From NCBI GenBank assembly GCA_026391835.1, contig JAPLDF010000068.1, positions 313,661 to 377,660 of the forward strand: a stretch of DNA of 64,000 nucleotides, read 5' to 3'. Positions 9,248-19,378 of this stretch are shown here, piece by piece (the first letter of the stretch is position 1; the number at the start of each line of letters is the position of its first letter). Both the position numbers and the translations under genes were made by a program. A model generated the notes under the pieces. It was not told where the DNA came from. It did not search any database and saw nothing but the letters and a program-made list of their open reading frames with translations. The stretch is from Bacteroidota bacterium (lineage in GTDB: Bacteria; Bacteroidota; Bacteroidia; Bacteroidales; FEN-979).

Positions 9248-11569
9248 ATGTACCACGTAAACAATTGCCCCATGAAACACATTTTCTGCAGGTTGATCAT
9301 CGCTATGCTTGCGATAATCCCGACAATTTCAATGGCACAGGCCGAAAAGGCATGTTTGGTCGAAAAGTGCCCTGATCCTTCAGCTCCTGTGACCCGTTTT
9401 TCGGAGACGGCTTATGCCCGCCAGTTGCATGCCCGGGACAATGATCCCGTCATCACCGCCATGGTAAGCGCCATCAATACCGACACCCTCCGGTCAACCC
9501 TGCGGTACCTCCAAAACCGGGGATCACGCTTTTTAATGAGGGACGACAACAAGGAGCTTACAACCTCCCTTATGAATAAATTTTTATCCTATGGTTACAC
9601 CGATGTGAAACTTGATTCATTTTATCTCGCAATCCCAAACTGGAACGGCTTGTCCGACAGTGCATGGCAGTATAACGTGGTGTGCACCCTCGCCGGCAAT
9701 TCCGCCCCTGGGGAGATCTATGTTGTAGGCGGACACTATGATTCCTTCTGTCAACCAGATCCCATGAACAATGCCCCCGGTGTAAATGACAACGGGACGG
9801 CGGTTGCAGCAACATGTGAAATAGCACGGGTGATGAAACTGCTCAATTACCGACCGGAAGCCACCATCCAGTTTACCCTTTTCGGGGCGGAGGAACTCGG
9901 GCTTTTCGGATCGAGGGCTGCTGCCTACCAGGCACGATTGTCAGGGACCGACATCCGGTATATGCTCAACCTGGATATGATTTCCAACAATCCTTCCGAC
10001 AGTGCCGCAGTGAAGGTATACCAGTATATTGGCTTTGAATGGGCCGGCCTTGCTGCCGCGGCAGCAACCGAACGATACACGGACCTTTCGGTGGTATTCC
10101 CGCCAAACCACACCAACAGCGGTTCCGACTCGTTTCCTTATTGGGCATATGGATTTCCTTCGGCGTATTTTGAGGAGATCTTTTTCAGCCCCAACTGGCA
10201 CATTCCCTCCGACACCCTGGGCAACTGCAACATCCCTTACCTGAAAAAGGTAACAGGAGGTGCACTTGCCACCCTGGCAGAACAACAGGCATTGCCATAT
10301 CCTCAAAGTCTGTGGGCTGAATCCTCCAAAGAAAAAATCACCCTGCACTGGATGCCAACCGGGAATGATTTTGTACGAGGCTTCAATATTTACCGGTCGG
10401 AAACTGCCGGAACCGGATTTCAAAAAATCAACGCGGCCCCGGTTGCTGATTCCATCTTCCATGATGTTCCCGGAACCCTCAACAAACAGTACTATTATGT
10501 CATTTCAACAGTGAATAACGACCAGGCAGAGAGCCCTTATTCGAACGAAGTGTACGGGGCGCGTTTCAATTTCTGCGACAGTTTGCTGGTACTGGCAAAT
10601 ATGAAAGGCAACAAAACCACCCCCGACAGCGTGCTTGCGTTTTACAAGGCAGTCCTGGATACCATTCCATATAAATGGATAGATATCAACGCAGTACAAA
10701 AGGTCAACCTCTCTGTTCTTTCACGTTACCGCTCGATCCTGTGGATGTCGAACTCGCTTGAATTTGAATCCCCTACAGAAGAAATGGTGTTTGGTACATA
10801 TCAATTTGTTCAAAACGGCGGGAACCTGCTTTTTGCCGGACTAAGTCCAAGCCATTTCTGGATTAACGGCAGTTTCAACTATCCACTCTATATTCCCGAA
10901 AACACCATTATCCATAATCTTTTTAAAATCGACAGTGTTGACCGTAAAACACAAAGCATGCTCTTCAGGGCAAATGCGGTAGCTCCCGGTTATGACACAC
11001 TCCGGATCGACTCGCTCAAGTATATGGATAAGAATTTCCCGGGACAGCTTTACACCATTGATGTCTTTTCACCGGATCCGGCAGCCACGGTGGTCTATCG
11101 CTTTGATTCTAAGTTCGATTCAACAACTTCTTTTGGGAAAATGAAACACCGGCCCGTTGGCATTGAATACCTGGGTACCGACCATAAAAGCATCCTGCTC
11201 AGTTTCCCGCTCTATTATCTTGACACCACCGATGCCCATGATTTCATGCACTTTGTAATGACAAAGAAATTTGGCTATCCTGTCGGGATTCCCGGGGTGG
11301 ACCTGACTGAACCGTTTGCCATGCAGGTGTTTCCCAATCCTGTACAAGATGCCTGCAACATCACTTTCACCCTCGACCACCCGGGTAGGGTGCGGCTGAC
11401 ACTGGTATCACTGATGGGACAAACCGTGTCAACCTGGCTTGACAGAAAACTTGAACGGGGCACCCATCGCCTCCACTTTTCTACTGCAGGGATGAAGCCG
11501 GGGATGTATGAGGTGTTGCTGCAGCAGGGCCACGAAACTGCCGTACGAAAGATTGTGCACCTGGATTAG
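9248..11569 (+). CDS. M28 family zinc peptidase with FN3-like domain and T9SS C-terminal sorting domain (likely true start ATG 9272, MKHIFCRL...)
   Basis: M28 motifs are GGHYDS, NDNGTAVAATCEIARV and FGAEELGLFGS. The C-terminal tail FPNPVQDACNITFTL...MYEVLLQQGHETAVRKIVHLD resembles a T9SS CTD. Confidence 0.85.
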   Translation: MYHVNNCPMKHIFCRLIIAMLAIIPTISMAQAEKACLVEKCPDPSAPVTRFSETAYARQLHARDNDPVITAMVSAINTDTLRSTLRYLQNRGSRFLMRDDNKELTTSLMNKFLSYGYTDVKLDSFYLAIPNWNGLSDSAWQYNVVCTLAGNSAPGEIYVVGGHYDSFCQPDPMNNAPGVNDNGTAVAATCEIARVMKLLNYRPEATIQFTLFGAEELGLFGSRAAAYQARLSGTDIRYMLNLDMISNNPSDSAAVKVYQYIGFEWAGLAAAAATERYTDLSVVFPPNHTNSGSDSFPYWAYGFPSAYFEEIFFSPNWHIPSDTLGNCNIPYLKKVTGGALATLAEQQALPYPQSLWAESSKEKITLHWMPTGNDFVRGFNIYRSETAGTGFQKINAAPVADSIFHDVPGTLNKQYYYVISTVNNDQAESPYSNEVYGARFNFCDSLLVLANMKGNKTTPDSVLAFYKAVLDTIPYKWIDINAVQKVNLSVLSRYRSILWMSNSLEFESPTEEMVFGTYQFVQNGGNLLFAGLSPSHFWINGSFNYPLYIPENTIIHNLFKIDSVDRKTQSMLFRANAVAPGYDTLRIDSLKYMDKNFPGQLYTIDVFSPDPAATVVYRFDSKFDSTTSFGKMKHRPVGIEYLGTDHKSILLSFPLYYLDTTDAHDFMHFVMTKKFGYPVGIPGVDLTEPFAMQVFPNPVQDACNITFTLDHPGRVRLTLVSLMGQTVSTWLDRKLERGTHRLHFSTAGMKPGMYEVLLQQGHETAVRKIVHLD

Positions 11570-11579
11570 ATAAGAAAAA

Positions 11580-11667
11580 GCCACCAAGGCACTAAGACAC
11601 AAAGGATCACGAAGATACTGCTGATTTCATTACTTTGTGTATCTTCGGGTCTTTGAGCCTTTGTGGC
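11580..11667. repeat. word-array hairpin (CACNAAG / GAAGATAC vocabulary) just after the M28 stop codon
   Basis: Left arm: gccaccaaggcactaagacacaaaggatcacgaagatac. The reverse complement of the right arm is gccacaaaggctcaaagacccgaagatac. The loop is ~15 nt. Confidence 0.85.
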
Positions 11668-11702
11668 AAAAACAGTCGATAAAAACAACATCTTCTATTC
11701 TA

Positions 11703-11733
11703 CAAAAAAGCCCCCGGAAAATCATCCGGGGGC
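11703..11733 (-). terminator. rho-independent terminator of rocD
   Basis: The stem is gcccccgga / tccgggggc with a 6-nt loop. On the minus strand it is followed by TTTTTTG. Confidence 0.75.
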
Positions 11734-11754
11734 TCTTAATATACAATGAATCAA

Positions 11755-12978
11755 CTATTCCATTTCTTTGATGGATCTGCGGATAATCTCCACTGCCTCA
11801 TGAACCTGCTCTTCGGTAATCACCAAAGGCGGGGCAAAACGGATAATGTGATCATGTGTGGGTTTGGCCAGCAGGCCGTTGTCGCGCATCTTCAGGCAAA
11901 CATCCCATGCCGTTTTCCCTTTGAATGGCTTGATGACAATGGCGTTCAATAATCCTTTGCCGCGGACCAGTTCGATGTACGGCGAGTTGATCTTGCGGAG
12001 TTCATCCCGGAAAATGGCGCCCATTTTTTCGGCATTCTCAGCCAGTTTTTCGTCACGAACCACCTCCAGCGCAGCCATGGCAACTTTTGCAGCAACAGGG
12101 TTGCCACCAAAGGTCGATCCGTGTTCGCCCGGATGGATGCACAGCATAATGTGATCGTCGGCCAGGACGGCAGAGATGGGATAAACCCCACCCGAAAGCG
12201 CTTTGCCAAGGATAAGTACATCCGGCTTAACGCCTTCCCAGTCGCAGGCAAGCAAACGGCCGGTGCGGGCGATACCTGTCTGCACCTCATCGGCAATAAA
12301 CAGTACATTTTTTGCCTTGCACATGTCGAAGGCCTTTTTCAGGTAGCCTTCATCCGGCACAAAGACACCCGCTTCGCCCTGGATTGGTTCAACCAGGAAA
12401 CCTGCTACATTCGGATCTTCCAGCGCTTTGGCCAACGCATCCAGATCGTTGTACGGAATCGCCTCAAAACCAGGGGTAAACGGGCCAAAGTCCTTGCGTG
12501 CATCAGGATCGTTCGACATGGAGATGACCGTGATCGTCCGTCCATGGAAATTGTCGCGGCAGCAGATAATTTTAGCCTGGTTTTCCGGAATTCCCTTCAC
12601 TTTGTAACCCCATTTCCGGGTAAGTTTCAGGGCGGTTTCATCTCCTTCGGCACCTGAATTCATCGGAAGAACCCGCTGATACCCAAAGTATTCAGTGATG
12701 AATTTTTCGTAAACCCCAAGTACGTCGTTGTAAAAGGCGCGGGATGTAAGTTCCAGCGTTTGTGCCTGTTCAATCAGGGCTCCCACGATTTTAGGGTGAC
12801 AATGTCCCTGGTTCACGGCGGAATAGGCCGACAGGAAATCATAATAGCGTTTGCCTTCGACATCCCACATAAAGACGCCTTTTCCTTTGGCAAGCACGAC
12901 TGGCAATGGATGGTAATTATGCGCCCCGTATTTGTCTTCGAGGTCGATCGCCATCTGTGATGTTTTTACTTCGGTCAT
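11755..12978 (-). CDS. rocD: ornithine--oxo-acid aminotransferase
   Basis: 407 aa. [12 protein letters not shown]...[16 protein letters not shown]...[14 protein letters not shown]...ILGKALSGG aligns along its whole length with B. subtilis RocD as I remember it. Confidence 0.9.
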   Translation of the reverse strand: MTEVKTSQMAIDLEDKYGAHNYHPLPVVLAKGKGVFMWDVEGKRYYDFLSAYSAVNQGHCHPKIVGALIEQAQTLELTSRAFYNDVLGVYEKFITEYFGYQRVLPMNSGAEGDETALKLTRKWGYKVKGIPENQAKIICCRDNFHGRTITVISMSNDPDARKDFGPFTPGFEAIPYNDLDALAKALEDPNVAGFLVEPIQGEAGVFVPDEGYLKKAFDMCKAKNVLFIADEVQTGIARTGRLLACDWEGVKPDVLILGKALSGGVYPISAVLADDHIMLCIHPGEHGSTFGGNPVAAKVAMAALEVVRDEKLAENAEKMGAIFRDELRKINSPYIELVRGKGLLNAIVIKPFKGKTAWDVCLKMRDNGLLAKPTHDHIIRFAPPLVITEEQVHEAVEIIRRSIKEME

Positions 12979-12989
12979 AAGAGAAATTT

Positions 12990-14204
12990 TTATTGAATGA
13001 TGATTTTTTTAAATACTGACTGGTTGTCACCGTAAGATATCCTGACCTGGTAAACGCCACCAGGTATTTCATTTAATGCCACTTTTACCTCTTTTTGATC
13101 GAATGTGAAAGACCTGGAATAAACAATTTCCCCGACCATGGAAATAACTTCAACTCCAGAGATTGAATGGTTGGCGGTTATTGTGAATTGTTTATTGGTT
13201 ACCGGATTCGGCATCATGGTTACGTGCATGTCCAATTGCAGGTCATTGATTCCAAGGCGGGGCCTGAAATAAATCATGACGGTGTCGGACTGGGTTCCGT
13301 CGGGCCCGGTAACCGTACAATAGATTTTCTTGGAACCAAAACCAACACCGGAAGTGTCGATCTTCACAACCTTTCCATGGTCGCCTGTGGACCAGGAATA
13401 AGTATCAAATGTTCCGGCATCAAGTGTTACGGTATCACCCACGAAAACAGTCTGATCAGGGCCGAGATTCAATACCTGGGGATACAGTAGGGAAAGTTCA
13501 TCAACGTACATCGTGCTTCCAACCTGTCCGACACTGCCCATAAAATTGATCACATTAAACCCGGCGCTGGAGACAACAAGCAATGTCATCGTATCGACTG
13601 TTCCGGTTCCGGCATATTGTATGGGAATATCAAAATTGGTATAAGTGCTCACTGCATTGTGCCCGACAAATTTACCATAACCAATGGTATCGCGTTTTTT
13701 GGCAGAACTGTTCCATTTTGAAAGCAAAATGACCGCTGCACAGGAGTCACCGTTTACAGGTTCAAACTTGTAGTAGCCTTTTAAATGAGAGGGCCTGCAG
13801 CCTGCGCAGGGCTGACCCAGCAGGGCACGTACACCTACCATGTCCATCTTTGCTGTTCCGATCATGCCCGGAATAAATATGGTAATGGGTCCCAGCGGGA
13901 ATATATTGGAAACGCCTTTGGCTGCATAGGTTCCGGAATAACTATCCGTGCTCTTGAAAACCGTGACGGGGCCGGGGCCTCCAACGGAAAAAGGAAGGCT
14001 AGCAAGTGTGTTTAGGGTCGACATCCAGTTATCGGACGGGCCTGTCCCGATTTCATCATAGTTAAGGGTGGCATTTACCACCACATTGTACCAGGTTTCA
14101 AAACCGGCATTGGGAATAACAAAGTCACCGGTGGAGGATTTCGACTGGGAATAAACCGTGTTCATTGCCAGGGAAAGTAAGACAAATGTAATCAGGTGTT
14201 TCAT
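12990..14204 (-). CDS. secreted protein with T9SS C-terminal sorting domain (N-terminal domain of unknown function)
   Basis: 404 aa with a signal peptide. The C-terminal [17 protein letters not shown]...[22 protein letters not shown] resembles a T9SS CTD. Confidence 0.7.
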   Translation of the reverse strand: MKHLITFVLLSLAMNTVYSQSKSSTGDFVIPNAGFETWYNVVVNATLNYDEIGTGPSDNWMSTLNTLASLPFSVGGPGPVTVFKSTDSYSGTYAAKGVSNIFPLGPITIFIPGMIGTAKMDMVGVRALLGQPCAGCRPSHLKGYYKFEPVNGDSCAAVILLSKWNSSAKKRDTIGYGKFVGHNAVSTYTNFDIPIQYAGTGTVDTMTLLVVSSAGFNVINFMGSVGQVGSTMYVDELSLLYPQVLNLGPDQTVFVGDTVTLDAGTFDTYSWSTGDHGKVVKIDTSGVGFGSKKIYCTVTGPDGTQSDTVMIYFRPRLGINDLQLDMHVTMMPNPVTNKQFTITANHSISGVEVISMVGEIVYSRSFTFDQKEVKVALNEIPGGVYQVRISYGDNQSVFKKIIIQ

Positions 14205-14214
14205 ATGTAGATAT

Positions 14215-14312
14215 TTAAGTGTTAAGTGTTAAGTGTTAAGTGTTAAGTGTTAAGTGTTAAGTGTTAAGTGTTAAGTGTTAAGTGTTAAGTTTTAAGTGTT
14301 AAGTTTTAAGGA
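14215..14312. repeat. heptamer microsatellite (TTAAGTG)x10 perfect plus 4 degenerate units
   Basis: Counted directly. The period is 7 nt. It starts 10 nt upstream of the ATG (14204) of the T9SS protein gene and ends 34 nt after the TonB receptor stop. No inverted partner lies nearby. Confidence 0.95.
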
Positions 14313-14345
14313 CCGGGCTTTGAGGAGAGGAGGATAATTGGGTGT

Positions 14346-16763
14346 TTAAATTTTATAAATCACCTGCAGTTGTGTCATCCTCGGCGCTTCAATTGTGGCC
14401 GGCCTCAGGGAAAATTCGGTATTCAGCAAATTGTTGACGATCACCGAGAAGTTAAAACTCTTCAGGGCATAACTGATACGGTAGTCGACGATGAAGGTGC
14501 CCTTATTGTGCACGATCCTGTATTTCTCGATGCCGGTGTCGATCAACCCTGGAATTTTACCTCCGAGGGCATCATAAAAAAACTGGTCGATATTCTTCAT
14601 GAACCCGTAATAACGTCCTCCGACACCGGTCGAGAAACGCTTCCAGGTGAACTGGATGTCGGCTTTTAACAAACTTTGTACCCGGTACTTCAGGATATGT
14701 CCGTTTGTATCTGATGAAGTGTTCAGGTATGTCTTCGACTGGGCGGCATTGTATGGGTCCACATAAAAAATATAGTTCGGGTCAAGTGCTTCCGGAACCG
14801 AGTAAGTATAACCAACCATGACAGCCATGTTCAGGTTTTTCACCAGGGTGCCTTCTCCGGCAGCGGAAACATCAATGCCATAAATTCGCGCCGGGCCGGT
14901 ATTAAAGAATTTGAATCCATTGTTGTTTTTCGGCTCGGAATGACCATAGATGCCAAAATTGAATTCAACATAGTTGTCATAATTTTCATAAAACCCGGCA
15001 ATGTCAAACATTCCTGCGAATTTGCCTACCTTGAACAACTGTTTAAACCCAAGTTCATAGGAAAGACTCGATTCAGGCGCAAGCCCGGGATTCGGGTAAA
15101 ACCCGAAGTTTCCGGAAGTGGTGGTTATGTAACGCTCTCCGATACTCGGAACGCGGTAACCCTGTCCGACCGAAAGCCTGATATAACTTGACCGTGCAGC
15201 CTGCAGGTTGAGCCCTGCGCGAAAAATGGGCTGGCTTTCTGTCAGGTCAGTCAAATGGTAATACTCCCAGCGTCCGCCCACCAGCAGGGATAACCGCTTG
15301 AAAAACTTCTTTTCCAACTGCGCATACACTGCGAAATTTTCAGCCGTATAGGTGCCGTTGGCTCCCAGCGACGGGGTTCCGTTGGCAGCAAGCTGGCCTG
15401 AAAAAACTTTTCCGAAGGCATAGGAATAGATGTTCATAATACCTGTAACCAGCATCATATCACCCGCCTTTTTAAATTTATGGGTAAACTGGTATTCATT
15501 GTAAAGTGTCACGGTAAGCGATGACTGGTTGTAAAGCCCCTGTGAATTCAGGTAGTAAACCCGGTTCTTTAACGAATGTACATCTCCGTTCTTTGCATAA
15601 TATTTTAAAAACGGGTCTACATAAAAAGTAAAGGCCTTAAACCGTGACAAGGATCCAGGGTACGACCGGTAAATATTGGTATCGGCATCATACCAGAAAT
15701 AAGTTTCAGCATTCTCCTGGAACATGAAGTTGCCGTTTAACCCGTATGACAGGCCTTCAACTTTTTTTGAACGGACCCTGGTATTGAAATAAAACTTCAC
15801 CCGGTTGTTGAATTGCCCGTTGTTATAAAACGTGTCCGATACTTTCAGCTTTTCTTCCGGGGTTCCGCCGATATATCCCTGGTCCTTATAGTAGCTGATA
15901 CCACCGGATAAATCAAGATTGTCAAGCTTTTGGGAATGTGAAAGGGTAATTCCGTATACCAGCGGGTTCATCCCTGACCATGGTGTTGAATACGCCCGTT
16001 GCGGCTTGCTGTATGCCCCCAAAAAAGTGGTGAGCTTGGTAACAGGTTCGTCTTTGGGCCAGGCAGTCCTGACATTGATGGCGCCGTTGATGGCAGAAGA
16101 ACCAAAAACAACAGAAGAAGCACCTTTCACCACTTCAATCTGATCAACATCGTCAATCGGCAGGAGCCCCCAGTCGGGACGGCCGGCATCGCCGCGCAAC
16201 AGGGGAATTTCATCCACCATCACCATCACGCGGGAACCAAGTCCCGAGCTAAAGCCGCTTCCGGCACGGATTTGCGGTTCACTGTTCACAATGGTGATCC
16301 CGGGCATCCTGTCAATCGCTTTATCTGCACTTGGCAGGTTCCCGATCTCAATGCTTTTTGCCTTAAAAACCTCAATGGATGAGATGGATTCCTGGATTTT
16401 CTGGGCATATTTGGATGCAGAAACCACAACCGTACTCAGTTCCTGGGAGCTGTTGACCAGCTGCAGGTCGAGCACATAGGACTTCTTGCCATCAACATGT
16501 ATTTGCTTTTCCATCTTTTCATATCCCACGGAGGAGACGAAGAGATCATAATCACCTTTTGGCAATTCAAGACGATAAGCGCCGTTGCTGTCGGAAAAAG
16601 TTCCCGTTGACTGCCCCTTCACACCAATGTTCACATATGGCAAGGGATCAGAAGTTTTCTCATCGGTAACTTTTCCTTTGATCACCGACACCTGGGCCAT
16701 GGTCCCAAAAGGAAGAAACGACAAGGAAAAGAAAAATATATATAGGGTGAATAGTTGCTTCAT
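14346..16763 (-). CDS. TonB-dependent receptor with CarboxypepD_reg-like N-terminal domain
   Basis: 805 aa with a signal peptide. VIKGKVTDEKTSDPLPYVNIGVKG...GDYDLFVSSVGYE is followed by plug and barrel regions. Confidence 0.85.
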   Translation of the reverse strand: MKQLFTLYIFFFSLSFLPFGTMAQVSVIKGKVTDEKTSDPLPYVNIGVKGQSTGTFSDSNGAYRLELPKGDYDLFVSSVGYEKMEKQIHVDGKKSYVLDLQLVNSSQELSTVVVSASKYAQKIQESISSIEVFKAKSIEIGNLPSADKAIDRMPGITIVNSEPQIRAGSGFSSGLGSRVMVMVDEIPLLRGDAGRPDWGLLPIDDVDQIEVVKGASSVVFGSSAINGAINVRTAWPKDEPVTKLTTFLGAYSKPQRAYSTPWSGMNPLVYGITLSHSQKLDNLDLSGGISYYKDQGYIGGTPEEKLKVSDTFYNNGQFNNRVKFYFNTRVRSKKVEGLSYGLNGNFMFQENAETYFWYDADTNIYRSYPGSLSRFKAFTFYVDPFLKYYAKNGDVHSLKNRVYYLNSQGLYNQSSLTVTLYNEYQFTHKFKKAGDMMLVTGIMNIYSYAFGKVFSGQLAANGTPSLGANGTYTAENFAVYAQLEKKFFKRLSLLVGGRWEYYHLTDLTESQPIFRAGLNLQAARSSYIRLSVGQGYRVPSIGERYITTTSGNFGFYPNPGLAPESSLSYELGFKQLFKVGKFAGMFDIAGFYENYDNYVEFNFGIYGHSEPKNNNGFKFFNTGPARIYGIDVSAAGEGTLVKNLNMAVMVGYTYSVPEALDPNYIFYVDPYNAAQSKTYLNTSSDTNGHILKYRVQSLLKADIQFTWKRFSTGVGGRYYGFMKNIDQFFYDALGGKIPGLIDTGIEKYRIVHNKGTFIVDYRISYALKSFNFSVIVNNLLNTEFSLRPATIEAPRMTQLQVIYKI

Positions 16764-16811
16764 TTAGATAATTTTAACTGGCAAAAATACTAAATATTTT
16801 GCAATAATTAC

Positions 16812-18740
16812 CTAATTTTTCTCCCTGGAAACAGCGCCGGAACTGACTACCAATGATTTATATTCAATGGATGGGGACGGGATCAGCGGCCCAAGTTCCA
16901 GACGCGGCCACTTTTCATCAACGGCACGAATGGTTTGATCATCCATCACGATCACATTGGGCCAGTCGCGCTGAAAATCATCAAATTCCCTGGTTTTCCT
17001 TGTAGCATCCATGCAGAGTGCCGGAATTTTCACACCGGGTTCAGCATCGATGTAAAAACAATCTCGGATGGGATCGAGGTTGTTGGCTGAAATCCAGACA
17101 AGCTGCGACAGCGATGCCAGGTTAAGCAGGTCATCGACAAACAGGATAAATTTCACACCGGCAATATGTCCCTTCCCCAAGAGTTCGGCTGCGAGGGAGT
17201 GAATATGATGTTTTTTTGATTTCCTTACAGCGACGATAACCAGGGAAATTCCCCGACCGGGAAGGTCGCTTCTTATCCCGCGGATTTCGGGAAATAGTTT
17301 TTGAAGATCCGGAGAAAAGACCTCTCCCCCGTCCCCTCCCCTTGAAGGGGAGGGGGGCAGGGGCAACAGATCATTTAGCTCCTGGGGAAATTTGCGGGTG
17401 GCATCGATTCCCATTTTACTGCCATATGCAAAACGGCTGCTGGCGTGGTCGAGGATATCAACAGGCCCGCGGAGAAAGTGGATATCTGAAACCGGGTCGA
17501 CATTCGCGGAAATGGTTTTTGCAAGTTCAAGGTAGTCTGTAAGTTCCACCTCCTTGTCTGTTACCGCCATTATTTTATTGAACATCATCTGCCCTGCGCC
17601 CCACAGGGAGCTAATGATCTTGATGGCCTGTCCGGGATACTCCTTGTTGATGCTTACCAGGGTGATGTTGTGGAAAACCCCTTCAACCGGCATGTGCATG
17701 CCGGTTACCTCGGGAGCTACGGTCATCCGGATCGGCATAAGGAAGATCCGTTCGGTGGCTTTGCCAATCCAGCCGTCTTCCTGGGGAGGAATTCCCACAA
17801 TGGTAGCCGGGTAAACGGCATTTTTTCGATGGGTGATGCAGGTGACATGGAACCGCGGGTAATAATCGGCAAGCGAATAATAGCCGGTATGGTCACCAAA
17901 AGGACCTTCAAGGATCAGTTCCTCTCCGGGATCGACATACCCTTCGATCACAAAATCGACGTCCGACGGAACTTCCAGGTTGTTGGTAAGGCATTTGACA
18001 AGTTCGACTTTTTTCTTTCGCAAAAATCCTGCAAGCAGGTATTCATCCAGGTTTTCAGGCAATGGTGCCGTGGCTGCGTAGGTATACACCGGGTCGCCGC
18101 CGAGCGTGACAGATACCGGCATCCGTTTTCCCATCGCTTTGTACTGGTGATAGTGACGGGCCGATCCCTTGTGCAGGTGCCAGTGCATCCCGGTCATTTC
18201 AGGTGAAAAAACCTGCATGCGGTACATGCCCAGGTTCCGCATTCCGGTTTGCGGATCGACGGTATGTACGCCGGGCAAAGTAATGAAAGGGCCGCCATCA
18301 GCCGGCCAGCAGGTAAGCACAGGGATTTTTGTAAGATCAGGCTTATCCATCACAATCTCCTGGCATGCGCCGCGCCTGCTCACCGATTTCGGCATCCATG
18401 ACGCCACTTCCTGCAACGTCGGAAGTAATTTCAGCTTATCCAGGAAGCTTGCCCTGGGGCCAAGGATATCTTTCATCAAACGTGCCAGGTCAGTTTCAAT
18501 ATCGGCGAGGCTGTTCACCCCCAATGCCAGGCAGATCCGACGGTCGGAGGCGAATGCATTTATCAGCAGAGGAAACTGAGTTCCGGTATTTTCAAACAGC
18601 AGCGCCCTGCCCCCGTTTTTTACCATCCGGTCGGCTATCTCCGTTATTTCAAGGTTCGGGGAAACATACTCTCTGATGCGAACCAGTTCCCGGTTTGCCT
18701 CCAGTGCCTGGATAAAATGTGAAAGGGATTTAAAAGCCAT
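16812..18740 (-). CDS. UbiD family decarboxylase (menaquinone-biosynthesis decarboxylase-like)
   Basis: 642 aa. The N-terminus MAFKSLSHFIQALEANRELVRIREYVSPNLEITEIADR and the central region have UbiD-family character. It starts 26 nt after the ccmE stop. Confidence 0.8.
   Translation of the reverse strand: MAFKSLSHFIQALEANRELVRIREYVSPNLEITEIADRMVKNGGRALLFENTGTQFPLLINAFASDRRICLALGVNSLADIETDLARLMKDILGPRASFLDKLKLLPTLQEVASWMPKSVSRRGACQEIVMDKPDLTKIPVLTCWPADGGPFITLPGVHTVDPQTGMRNLGMYRMQVFSPEMTGMHWHLHKGSARHYHQYKAMGKRMPVSVTLGGDPVYTYAATAPLPENLDEYLLAGFLRKKKVELVKCLTNNLEVPSDVDFVIEGYVDPGEELILEGPFGDHTGYYSLADYYPRFHVTCITHRKNAVYPATIVGIPPQEDGWIGKATERIFLMPIRMTVAPEVTGMHMPVEGVFHNITLVSINKEYPGQAIKIISSLWGAGQMMFNKIMAVTDKEVELTDYLELAKTISANVDPVSDIHFLRGPVDILDHASSRFAYGSKMGIDATRKFPQELNDLLPLPPSPSRGGDGGEVFSPDLQKLFPEIRGIRSDLPGRGISLVIVAVRKSKKHHIHSLAAELLGKGHIAGVKFILFVDDLLNLASLSQLVWISANNLDPIRDCFYIDAEPGVKIPALCMDATRKTREFDDFQRDWPNVIVMDDQTIRAVDEKWPRLELGPLIPSPSIEYKSLVVSSGAVSREKN
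17321..17364. repeat. C/G-word hairpin embedded in frame in the UbiD-family CDS
   Basis: The sequence cctctcccccgtcccctcccc ttgaa ggggaggggggcagggg translates on the minus strand as PLPPSPSRGGDGGEV. Confidence 0.8.
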
Positions 18741-18766
18741 CGGTTGCGCCTTGCTGAAAAAAAAAG

Positions 18767-19171
18767 TTAACTGAACGTCTTACTCCCGAACTTCGAAGGC
18801 TTTTTGTCGTTGTATTTTGAAGGGCATTTCAGCAACAGGCTTTTGGCCATGAACTGATCCCCCTTCATCGAACCAATGACGACGACCTTCTCCGACTTTT
18901 CAAAATCCTGCGGTTTGGCGTTGTTGTAAATAACCTGTTTTTCAACACCCTTGTCGTCGATCAGGTAAAAGGAGAACTCATTGGCATTGTGCTGTGCATC
19001 ATACACAATGGGCTTGGTACGGTTCAGTTTGCCGATGATGTGCAACTCCTTTCCCTGTTTTTGCGCAGCCTCCGCAAAATCGGAATAGGTGCTCGAATCC
19101 GTCATGGTCGATATCACCACGGCTACGGCTACGACCAGTACAAGAATTATGACGATATGTATTGTCTTCAT
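18767..19171 (-). CDS. ccmE: cytochrome c maturation heme chaperone CcmE, CxxxY variant
   Basis: 134 aa with an N-terminal TM anchor and an OB-fold-like body. LLKCPSKY occupies the position of E. coli LAKHDENY. Confidence 0.8.
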   Translation of the reverse strand: MKTIHIVIILVLVVAVAVVISTMTDSSTYSDFAEAAQKQGKELHIIGKLNRTKPIVYDAQHNANEFSFYLIDDKGVEKQVIYNNAKPQDFEKSEKVVVIGSMKGDQFMAKSLLLKCPSKYNDKKPSKFGSKTFS

Positions 19172-19314
19172 TTTTTATCGTGTGTTAATTTTTCCTCAAC
19201 CTGCTTTTCCAGTTTCCGGAGCTTCCTGTCGATGGTGAACAAATAGACAAATACGCCAACCAGGATAGTTGCCAGCACTGCAACGACTACAAAAATCTTT
19301 CCGTATGATTCCAT
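19168..19314 (-). CDS. ccmD: CcmD-like small membrane protein (not in ORF track, 48 aa)
   Basis: My translation is MESYGKIFVVVAVLATILVGVFVYLFTIDRKLRKLEKQVEEKLTHDKK. It has a single TM segment. Its stop overlaps the ccmE start (ATGA), and it sits between ccmC and ccmE. Confidence 0.6.
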   Translation of the reverse strand: MESYGKIFVVVAVLATILVGVFVYLFTIDRKLRKLEKQVEEKLTHDKK

Positions 19315-19378
19315 AAAATAAGTTCAAAGTTAAAACCCAAAGTGCAAAGCACAAAATTCAAAAATCGTTGTTCACTGT

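Noticed and set aside
4601-12978. arcA ... rocD as an arginine-catabolism gene cluster
   Set aside because: The two genes are separated by four unrelated genes on the opposite strand (ABC exporter, repeat protein, M28 peptidase) and by terminators. They are not an operon. No arcB/arcC is present.
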